This document shows positions 10,683 through 17,767 of a DNA stretch of 58,692 bases, piece after piece. The notes beneath the pieces are model-generated. The model saw only the letters and a list, made by a program, of their open reading frames with translations, was not told the DNA's origin and did not search any database. The stretch comes from an uncultured Methylococcaceae bacterium (lineage in GTDB: Bacteria; Pseudomonadota; Gammaproteobacteria; Methylococcales; Methylomonadaceae): NCBI GenBank assembly GCA_964425835.1, contig CAYROI010000001.1, forward strand, positions 30,880 through 89,571, written 5' to 3'. Each line of letters opens with the position of its first letter. Within the stretch, counting starts at the first letter, position 1. Made by a program: the position numbers and the translations under genes.

Positions 10683-10970
10683 TTAAACCGTACTCATCTT
10701 CAAATAATTGTCCATTTTACTGGCGATAAGGCTGTCATAATGACGCTTTAACACCGCATCTGTTGGGCGGGAATGAAGTTCAGATTCTATTTGCGCGCGT
10801 AAGTTGGTTAAAAAATGGCGTTTAAGTGTTGAATCTTCGGGGATATTTACCGCTATATTCGTTGTTTCATCCGTCTTTTTCTCCAAAAAAAACTTTGCTG
10901 AAACAGAAGAAGACGCCATGTAGACGGTAATGAAAATTACTGCTAACAATAGCACAAAAAATTCTATCAT
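10683..10970 (-). CDS. Small membrane-anchored hypothetical protein with an internal LKRH[FY] repeat
   Basis: 95 aa with an N-terminal TM helix (FFVLLLAVIFITVYM). Two similar segments: DSTLKRHFLTNLRAQIE and DAVLKRHYDSLIASKMD. No family recognised. Confidence 0.5.
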   Translation of the reverse strand: MIEFFVLLLAVIFITVYMASSSVSAKFFLEKKTDETTNIAVNIPEDSTLKRHFLTNLRAQIESELHSRPTDAVLKRHYDSLIASKMDNYLKMSTV

Positions 10971-11231
10971 TTTTATTCCTGATAATTTACTAAGGGTTTG
11001 TTATAAGCTAACATCAATGAATCAAGCAATAAATATGCCGATAATACAAACCTTTGTTTTAAATATTATTTTGTGGCGATGCTAATAAGCGTCACACTAT
11101 TCTGCCTGTTATTAGGTTAAACAATGCACCAAAATAAACTAACGTCACTTTCTATGTTAAAATAAACTTTGAATTTAGAGGGTTAAAAACACTCTATAAG
11201 CAACATTTAAAAATACGGAATTGGTCTTCTT

Positions 11232-12662
11232 TTGTCTTTTGTCTCTCTTATTTTTTTAATTTTTTTCCCTTTTGTCTTTTGTCTTTATTGTGCTATTCCT
11301 GCACGTTTTAAATATCTATTATTATTAGGATCAAGCTATCTTTTTTACAGTTATTGGGATTGGAGATACCTGCCGTTATTACTGGGTTCAACCTTGGTTG
11401 ATTATTATTGCGCAAAAAAAATGGGGCAATGTGAAACGCGTCAACAACGCAAACCTTGGTTATGGCTAACATTAACAATTAACTTAGGGATGTTAATTGG
11501 ATTTAAATATTGGAATTTTATTGGTTATAACCTCAATAGTCTTTTTGATAGCCATATTGAACTTCATCATTTATTATTGCCTTTAGGTTTATCTTTTTAT
11601 ACCTTACAAACACTCAGTTATAGTTTTGATGTTTATTTAGGAAAAGTAAAACCTGAACGTCATTTAGGTTATTTTTGTTTATATGTTAGTTTTTTTCCAC
11701 AATTAGTTGCAGGCCCTATTGAGCGAAGCCGACGGTTATTACCCCAACTTAAATCCCTACATATTGCTAGTTATTATGAATTTCGCTATGGCTTATTACT
11801 TATCATTTGGGGATTTTTTTTAAAACTAGTTATTGCGGATAATTTAACTGCCTTTATTAATTCAATTTATTTTACAGAAACTATTTTTCCCTTTTGGTTG
11901 TATTGGCTGGTTGGCGGGCTTGTCACTTTTAAAATTTATTGCGATTTTATGGCTTATTCAGAAATTGCACGGGGAGTTGCGCTCTTATTTGGAGTGAAAC
12001 TGATGCTTAATTTTCGTCGTCCTTTATTAGCAACTAATTTACGCGGATTTTGGCAACGGTGGCATATTAGTTTAACTCGCTGGATTGGTGATTATATTCA
12101 AATCCCTCTTTTACAACGGTTTAAATCTTTTCCTCAACGCGCATTAATTACTGTTTTTACCCTTTGTTTAATTGGTCTTTGGCATGGCGCGAGTTGGAAC
12201 TTTATTTTATTCGGATTATTTCATGGAATTATGACTGTCATTTGGTCACCTTTAGCTAATTTATTTCGACGGATCTTTAAATGGAATCACTTAACTTATC
12301 AATACTGGGGGCGTTTTATATTAGCACTTATTCTTATGTTTAGCGCGCCTATGTTCTATATTGTTGATATTAAAAATTTACAAACCGTATTAGAATTAAT
12401 GCTTGATTTAAACAATACTTTTATTCCTATTTCTTATTCTCATTGGCAACTTAACGAAATACAGTATTTGGTTGAAGCATTATTAGGTCTTATCCTCTTA
12501 AGTGTTTATAGTTTTATTGCCGAATATCGACAAATAGAAATAGCAGATTCACTTGCAAAAGGCGGTTCGCTCTTTCGTTGGTCATCAACGGTTAGTCTTT
12601 TAATATTAATCTTTGTTTTTGGAAATTTTGCCAGTGAAAGCTTCATCTACTTTAAATTTTAA
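11232..12662 (+). CDS. MBOAT-family membrane O-acyltransferase (AlgI/DltB/PatA-like)
   Basis: 476 aa, polytopic. The N-terminus SFVSLIFLIFFPFVF and the His-containing block GLWHGASWNFILFGLFHG, plus FWQRWHISLTRW, are typical of MBOAT. The ORF-track start is TTG. Confidence 0.85.
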   Translation: MSFVSLIFLIFFPFVFCLYCAIPARFKYLLLLGSSYLFYSYWDWRYLPLLLGSTLVDYYCAKKMGQCETRQQRKPWLWLTLTINLGMLIGFKYWNFIGYNLNSLFDSHIELHHLLLPLGLSFYTLQTLSYSFDVYLGKVKPERHLGYFCLYVSFFPQLVAGPIERSRRLLPQLKSLHIASYYEFRYGLLLIIWGFFLKLVIADNLTAFINSIYFTETIFPFWLYWLVGGLVTFKIYCDFMAYSEIARGVALLFGVKLMLNFRRPLLATNLRGFWQRWHISLTRWIGDYIQIPLLQRFKSFPQRALITVFTLCLIGLWHGASWNFILFGLFHGIMTVIWSPLANLFRRIFKWNHLTYQYWGRFILALILMFSAPMFYIVDIKNLQTVLELMLDLNNTFIPISYSHWQLNEIQYLVEALLGLILLSVYSFIAEYRQIEIADSLAKGGSLFRWSSTVSLLILIFVFGNFASESFIYFKF

Positions 12663-13692
12663 TTATTTATTTCGTGTTGGGTTATTGGCATTATTAATCG
12701 TATTGAGTTTAATTTATTTAGCTCATCTACTCTTTCCTAATGTTCAAATTAGTAAGCAAAAACGAAAATTATTATCCTATCAACAACAAGCGCAATCTGT
12801 GGAAGCTGTCGCCCTTGGAACATCACATAGTCGCGGACTTTATTTTCCTGCACTTAATTTAAAAGGGTATAACTTTCATGATTCAGGCGGGGATATTGAA
12901 GAACTTGAAATGAAAGCCCGTGTTTTTTTAAAAAAATCACCCGAATTAAAAACTATTTTTACGGCAGTATCTCCAGGAACACTGGCGATTTCACAACGCT
13001 ATATTGCACCAAATTATCCAACGCGTTTATTAACCGTTGCCAGCAATACCCCGTTATCCATTGAAAGTTTTTTATATGCACATGAAGCAACTATTGGTTT
13101 GTTTATAGATCAGTTTATTTTAATTAGAAAGTTACGTAATGGCTTTGACCAATTAATAAAGCCTTGGTTCTCAAATGGAATGAATACGGGGAAATGTTTT
13201 TCAAAGGTGAATTATCAAGCGATTAATAAGAAATATTCTGTTAGGGTCGAAGATGATCTTTTTAATGATTATATTAAATACAGGATTCATCCCAGTTGTT
13301 TAAAAGATTACGTAAAAAAAACGATTGTGAGGCATTTAAAAATGATTAAAGATTCCGTTGAAAAAGAGCCTAATATTGTAGAACATAATAAGCAGCGATT
13401 AATTAATGTAGCTAATCTACTTGCAAAACGTGGTGGGAAATTAATATTAGTGGTGATGCCAATGACTAAAGATTATTATCAGTCAACACAGATTCAAGCA
13501 TTAGTTCCTGAACATTTCAGACAATTAGCGAAACTTGAACGGCATCCTAATATTGAAGTTTATGATTTTCATGATTATTTTTACGATAAAACAGTCCCTG
13601 GTAAAAATTATTATTTCCATGATGGCGATCACCTCGCCATCACGGGGGCAATTGAGTTCAGTCACGCATTGAAATTAGCGATGGAAAAATAA
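12634..13692 (+). CDS. Membrane-anchored partner of the MBOAT, possibly an SGNH/DltD-like acyl-transfer protein
   Basis: Overlaps the MBOAT stop. GTG 12634 gives MKASSTLNFNYLFRVGLLALLIVL (signal anchor). There is an early LGTSHS block (candidate Ser nucleophile) and a C-terminal HDGDHL block (DxxH-like). Function inferred from context and weak motifs only. Confidence 0.5.
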   Translation: MKASSTLNFNYLFRVGLLALLIVLSLIYLAHLLFPNVQISKQKRKLLSYQQQAQSVEAVALGTSHSRGLYFPALNLKGYNFHDSGGDIEELEMKARVFLKKSPELKTIFTAVSPGTLAISQRYIAPNYPTRLLTVASNTPLSIESFLYAHEATIGLFIDQFILIRKLRNGFDQLIKPWFSNGMNTGKCFSKVNYQAINKKYSVRVEDDLFNDYIKYRIHPSCLKDYVKKTIVRHLKMIKDSVEKEPNIVEHNKQRLINVANLLAKRGGKLILVVMPMTKDYYQSTQIQALVPEHFRQLAKLERHPNIEVYDFHDYFYDKTVPGKNYYFHDGDHLAITGAIEFSHALKLAMEK

Positions 13693-13710
13693 GCGTCTAT
13701 TCCTTTAATT

Positions 13711-14103
13711 TTAAGATTGCGCCCAAGGTAAATTGTGATACCGCCAGCCCCCTAAATTTCCACGCTGTTTATTAGCATCTAAATCTCCCTCGAAACCTTC
13801 AGCAACATTAATTAAATGTACGTAACCTGCATTTTCCAGCGCATTTGCAGCGGCAAGCGATCGTTGACCACTACGACATAATAGTAAAATAGGCTGCTGT
13901 TTATCACTAACTACTTTTTCTACTTCTGTCACAAACTCAGGATTTTCCAACCAATCAAGGGCTTCTTTCCAAGCAATATGCTGTGCATTAAGAGGATGTC
14001 CAACAAAATGGTGTTCCATTGTGGTGCGGACATCAATTAAAACCGCTGTTGGGTTTTGTTGCATAAAAGTAAAACTTTGCTGAGGATTTAAGTTTTCTAT
14101 CAT
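13711..14103 (-). CDS. Single-domain rhodanese-like sulfurtransferase (cytoplasmic)
   Basis: 130 aa with the active-site loop LLCRSGQRS. No signal peptide. Confidence 0.85.
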   Translation of the reverse strand: MIENLNPQQSFTFMQQNPTAVLIDVRTTMEHHFVGHPLNAQHIAWKEALDWLENPEFVTEVEKVVSDKQQPILLLCRSGQRSLAAANALENAGYVHLINVAEGFEGDLDANKQRGNLGGWRYHNLPWAQS

Positions 14104-14123
14104 TGTTGTTTATCTCTATTAAA

Positions 14124-14696
14124 TTATATTTTCTGACCAATAAATAAAGCTTCATCTCGATTACCCTCATTTTGTTCGCCCGCTAACGCATACTCTTGAT
14201 AGTAACGTACTTTTAAGGGAGAAAATAAGTGTAATAATTCATTTTCAGCCAATAGATAATCAGGATTATTCGGCGGTGTATTACTTATTTTAGCTTGTGT
14301 AAAGGTTTGATAAAACAGTAAACCACCTGATTTTAACGCATTCATTATCTCACAAGATAAGTCACGATTGAGAAACCGACTGACAACAATCACATCAAAT
14401 TTATTTTTAGCTAAGTTTATCTGTTCAAGATCTTGCTGTTGACAATGAATGAGCTGTTTTTGTTGCCATGCTTGTTGTTTTAATTTTTTAATCGCAATCG
14501 AGGAGATGTCAACGGCATAAGTTTCCAAACCATGTTTTGCAAGCAGCAGCGCATTTGCGCCTAAACCACAGGCTAAATCTAAGCCACAACCTTTTTTAGG
14601 AAGTAATGACTGATGCTCGATTAGCACGGTTGCCGCCTGTACATTCTCATAATTAGCCTTGTTATAAATTTTATCCCATTTTATTTTAGTCGTCAT
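14124..14696 (-). CDS. Class I SAM-dependent methyltransferase, TehB-like
   Basis: SAM motif I GLDLACGLGANALLLA, plus DVIVVSRFL and SGGLLFYQTF. The C-terminal ELLHLFSPLKVRYYQE resembles TehB. ATG 14696 overlaps the LysR stop as TAATG. Confidence 0.75.
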   Translation of the reverse strand: MTTKIKWDKIYNKANYENVQAATVLIEHQSLLPKKGCGLDLACGLGANALLLAKHGLETYAVDISSIAIKKLKQQAWQQKQLIHCQQQDLEQINLAKNKFDVIVVSRFLNRDLSCEIMNALKSGGLLFYQTFTQAKISNTPPNNPDYLLAENELLHLFSPLKVRYYQEYALAGEQNEGNRDEALFIGQKI

Positions 14697-15598
14697 TATC
14701 CACCTAATTTTTGTTGTAGCCACGGTTCTAAAAATTCTAAAAATAAACGCACTTTTGCTGATAAGTATTTACGATGCGGATAAACCGCATAAATTTCCAA
14801 GGCAGGGGGACGATAACGTTCTAAAACAACAACTAGTTTACCTTTTTTTATATCATTACCAACAATATAATGCGGTAACATAATTAATCCTAAACCACTA
14901 ATCGCGGCAATACGCATAGGACCAGCAACATTTGCCTGCATCCGACCTGAAACTTTAATTTTTTTAATCGACTTCCCATGCGAAAAATACCATAAATCGC
15001 GCGGCGGTAATGCCCAATTAACTAAACAACTATGGTCATTTAAATCATCAGGCGTTTTCGGTGTTCCATAGTGTTTCAAATAGTCAGGCGAAGCACAAAC
15101 GACCAAATAAGAACTCGCTAATTTACGTGCAATTAAACTACTATCATTTAGTTTTCCTAAATGAATCGCAATATCTAAGCCTTCATCAATTAAATCACTG
15201 GCGGTCATTTTTAAAACCATATCTACCGATAATTCAGGGTGGATTTTTAAAAATTCCGCTAAAGCAGGCGCAATATGTACCGCACCAATAACAGGCGGCG
15301 CGCTTATTTTTAATATTCCTTTAGGCTCTGTTTGCAAATGGGTCATAGCCGCTTCCATTTCTTCTACATCCAACAAAACTTGCTGACACCGTTCTAAATA
15401 AGCCGCCCCCACTTCTGTTAGGCTTAAACTGCGGGTTGTTCGATTAAAAAGTCGTACGCCTAATTTACCTTCCAATTGCATCACGTGCTTAGTGACCATT
15501 GCCCTAGACAACCCTAAGTCTCTAGCAGCATTAGTAAAACTACCTAACTTTGCAACACGAACAAAAACATTCATACTTGTTAATTTATCCATCAACAA
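14696..15598 (-). CDS. LysR-family transcriptional regulator
   Basis: N-terminal wHTH SFTNAARDLGLSRAMVTKHVMQLEGKLGVRLFNRTTRSLSLTEVG, plus a C-terminal substrate-binding domain. 300 aa. Confidence 0.92.
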   Translation of the reverse strand: MLMDKLTSMNVFVRVAKLGSFTNAARDLGLSRAMVTKHVMQLEGKLGVRLFNRTTRSLSLTEVGAAYLERCQQVLLDVEEMEAAMTHLQTEPKGILKISAPPVIGAVHIAPALAEFLKIHPELSVDMVLKMTASDLIDEGLDIAIHLGKLNDSSLIARKLASSYLVVCASPDYLKHYGTPKTPDDLNDHSCLVNWALPPRDLWYFSHGKSIKKIKVSGRMQANVAGPMRIAAISGLGLIMLPHYIVGNDIKKGKLVVVLERYRPPALEIYAVYPHRKYLSAKVRLFLEFLEPWLQQKLGG

Positions 15599-15605
15599 TA
15601 CCTAT

Positions 15606-15637
15606 ATTGTCATATTATTGTCATAAAAAGTTGACAA
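15606..15637. promoter_or_regulatory. Candidate LysR operator: 11-bp-phased direct repeat plus dyad
   Basis: ATTGTCATA occurs at 15606-15614 and again at 15617-15625, one helical turn apart. TTGTCA (15618-15623)-N8-TGACAA (15632-15637) forms an inverted repeat. The site lies 8-39 nt upstream of the lysR start. Confidence 0.35.
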
Positions 15638-15683
15638 ACCTATTGTTTCTTAATAGTGAATAATAAATTTAGTCTTTGCACTA

Positions 15684-15711
15684 TTGTAAACATTTTTATC
15701 CAAGGTATACT
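15684..15711 (+). promoter_or_regulatory. Candidate sigma70 promoter for the small ORF at 15764
   Basis: TTGTAA (15684-15689), 16-nt spacer, TATACT (15706-15711). Chance matches are common in DNA this AT-rich. Confidence 0.3.
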
Positions 15712-15763
15712 AAGCGCAACTTTAAAAAGATTTTAAATTATTAATTAGGAACTAACTGTAATT

Positions 15764-15916
15764 ATGAGTGACTTTAACAAAGATATTGTTATTGGTTTAT
15801 TATTTATCATGGGTGTCTGGAGTTTTATTTCAGGTCAGTTTATTGTTTCAACCGTATTATTTGGCAGTGCCGCTATTTATAGTAACATTGTTATCCGCGC
15901 TAGGCTTACTCGCTGA
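15764..15916 (+). CDS. Unannotated 50-aa hydrophobic (two-helix) small protein, divergent from the LysR gene
   Basis: Translated by hand as MSDFNKDIVIGLLFIMGVWSFISGQFIVSTVLFGSAAIYSNIVIRARLTR, with stop TGA at 15914-15916. It is below the ORF-track length cutoff. Weak AGGA 13 nt upstream. Two terminator hairpins follow. Confidence 0.4.
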   Translation: MSDFNKDIVIGLLFIMGVWSFISGQFIVSTVLFGSAAIYSNIVIRARLTR

Positions 15917-15953
15917 ACCGCACCATTTTTAACCTTCTAGTGTGTTGTACTAA

Positions 15954-15991
15954 CAAGCAGTTCCTCCTCATATAACCTGCTTGACTTTTTT
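15954..15991 (+). terminator. Intrinsic terminator-like hairpin 1
   Basis: CAAGCAG (15954-15960), then a 16-nt pyrimidine-rich loop TTCCTCCTCATATAAC, then CTGCTTG (15977-15983), then ACTTTTTT. Confidence 0.5.
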
Positions 15992-15992
15992 A

Positions 15993-16041
15993 CCTCCCTT
16001 TACTTTTAGATACCGTTTAAAAGTATTGGGAGGTTTTTTTT
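15993..16041 (+). terminator. Intrinsic terminator hairpin 2 (strong)
   Basis: CCTCCC (15993-15998) pairs with GGGAGG (16028-16033). An inner helix pairs ACTTTTA (16002-16008) with TAAAAGT (16018-16024). A T8 run follows (16034-16041). Confidence 0.7.
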
Positions 16042-16127
16042 GCTTAAAAATAACATAGCTAAATGATAAAATCAGTTATCATTATTTGTCTCATGGTTTA
16101 AAAAAGTAAATTTAATAAGGAGTCTTA

Positions 16128-17498
16128 ATGAACCTCAAAACAATTATATTAGCTGCAGGACAAGGAAGTCGAATGCACTCTAAGCGTCCTAAAGTATTAC
16201 ATAAAGTGGCTGATAAAGCTCTATTAGAACATGTTTGTAACACGAGTTTACAGCTAAAAGATAATGAGGTCTTCGTTATTTATGGTCATGGCGGACAGCA
16301 AGTTAAAACCCAATTATCGTCACTCAATGTCAATTGGATTGAACAAACGCAGCAATTAGGGACAGGTCATGCAGTTCAACAGGCAAAAGATAAAATTAAT
16401 GATGAAGATACGGTTTTAATTTTATATGGCGATGTACCTTTATTGAAAAAATCAACCATTGAAACGTTACTAAAAAATGTAAATGATAATTCATTGGCTT
16501 TATTAACCGTAACCCTTGAAAATCCCACAGGTTATGGACGAATTATACGCGATTCCAATCAACGCGTGATTAAAATTGTTGAGCAAAAAGATGCAACGGC
16601 GGCTGAATTGCAAATTAGGGAAGGTAATACGGGAATTTTAGCCGCTCAAGGGAAAAAACTTAAAAATTGGTTATTACGTTTAGGCAAGAATAATGCACAA
16701 CAGGAATATTATTTAACCGATGTTATTGAAATGGCTGTCAATGAGGGTTTAGAAATTAAAACCGCGCAACCTGAAACAATTGATGAAGTTTTAGGCATTA
16801 ATAATCGCCAACAATTAAGTCATTTAGAACGGGTTTATCAACAGGAACAAGCTAATAAATTAATGGATAGGGGCGTAAGTTTACGTGATCCCGCACGATT
16901 GGATGTTCGCGGTGAATTTTCTAGTCTAGGAGAAGATATAGAGATTGACATTAATGTCATTTTTGAAGGAATCAATAGTCTGGCTGATAATGTGAAAATC
17001 GGTGCAAATACACGCATTATTAATTCAGTGATTGAGGCGGATGTAGAAATTTTGGATCATTGTATTATTGATAATGCGATTGTTGGCAAAGGAAGTCGTG
17101 TAGGTCCTTTTGCCCGTTTAAGACCACAAACAAAATTGGGCGAAAATGTTCATATTGGTAATTTTGTGGAAATAAAAAAATCAGCGATTGCAACAGGCAG
17201 TAAAGTCAATCATTTAAGCTATATTGGTGATAGCTTAGTCGGGCGAAGAGTTAATATTGGTGCGGGGACGATTACTTGTAATTATGATGGGGTTAATAAA
17301 TTTCAGACCATTATTGAAGATGGCGCATTTATAGGTTCAAATACCCAATTAGTTGCGCCAATTAATGTTGGAAAAAATGCAACCATTGGGGCAGGTTCAA
17401 CACTCACCAAAAATGCGCCTGCTGATAAGCTCACGCTTACGCGTGCCAACCAAATTACCATAAAAAATTGGCTACGACCTACCAAAGAAGAGAATTAA
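16128..17498 (+). CDS. glmU: Bifunctional UDP-GlcNAc pyrophosphorylase / GlcN-1-P acetyltransferase
   Basis: LAAGQGSRMHSKRPKVLH N-terminal nucleotidyltransferase motif. C-terminal left-handed beta-helix hexapeptide repeats (NVHIGNFVEIKKS, VNIGAGTITCNYDG). AAGGAG Shine-Dalgarno. Confidence 0.96.
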   Translation: MNLKTIILAAGQGSRMHSKRPKVLHKVADKALLEHVCNTSLQLKDNEVFVIYGHGGQQVKTQLSSLNVNWIEQTQQLGTGHAVQQAKDKINDEDTVLILYGDVPLLKKSTIETLLKNVNDNSLALLTVTLENPTGYGRIIRDSNQRVIKIVEQKDATAAELQIREGNTGILAAQGKKLKNWLLRLGKNNAQQEYYLTDVIEMAVNEGLEIKTAQPETIDEVLGINNRQQLSHLERVYQQEQANKLMDRGVSLRDPARLDVRGEFSSLGEDIEIDINVIFEGINSLADNVKIGANTRIINSVIEADVEILDHCIIDNAIVGKGSRVGPFARLRPQTKLGENVHIGNFVEIKKSAIATGSKVNHLSYIGDSLVGRRVNIGAGTITCNYDGVNKFQTIIEDGAFIGSNTQLVAPINVGKNATIGAGSTLTKNAPADKLTLTRANQITIKNWLRPTKEEN

Positions 17499-17767
17499 AA
17501 AATACTAAATTCATTAAAACTGACATCTGTTTGTAAGTCGGTTACTTCAACTTGTTTAACTTTTGCAAATAAAGACCCTTTATGAGACCAAGAAATTAAC
17601 GCCGCGATGGCTATTTTATCTCCAATTGCTTTAATTTCTACCCGTCCATCAGGCAAATTTTTAGCATAGCCGACAAGACCGCGTTTATCCGCTTGTTTTT
17701 TGGTTGCGGCACGAAAATAAACCCCTTGAACTTTGCCTGAGACAATAATTTTTACCGCACGAGTCAT
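17495..17767 (-). CDS. acyP: Acylphosphatase
   Basis: VSGKVQGVYFRAATKKQA...GYAKNLPDGRVEI is the acylphosphatase signature. I chose ATG 17767, which overlaps the rlmL stop as ATGA. Confidence 0.85.
   Translation of the reverse strand: MTRAVKIIVSGKVQGVYFRAATKKQADKRGLVGYAKNLPDGRVEIKAIGDKIAIAALISWSHKGSLFAKVKQVEVTDLQTDVSFNEFSIF

Noticed and set aside
11229-11284. Exact 16-nt direct repeat CTTTTGTCTTTTGTCT at 11229-11244 and 11269-11284
   Set aside because: It falls in the first 18 codons of the MBOAT gene, where T-rich Phe/Val/Leu/Ser codons dominate. Low-complexity coding sequence explains it, and nothing suggests a binding site or a mobile-element end.
14697-14723. GTG 14723 as the methyltransferase start, giving MATTKIRWI before MTTKIKW, which looks like a small N-terminal duplication
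   Set aside because: The upstream copy is simply the C-terminal coding region of the LysR gene read in another frame. ATG 14696 forms a classic TAATG stop/start overlap. The similarity (13 of 18 nt by my count) is probably coincidental.
15917-16127. Riboswitch or ribozyme in the long leader before glmU
   Set aside because: The structured elements are two hairpins, each followed by T-runs. They are best read as terminators of the upstream small transcript. A separate AT-rich promoter candidate for glmU (TTAAAA-17-TAAAAT, 16044-16072) lies downstream. There is no resemblance to the glmS ribozyme core.
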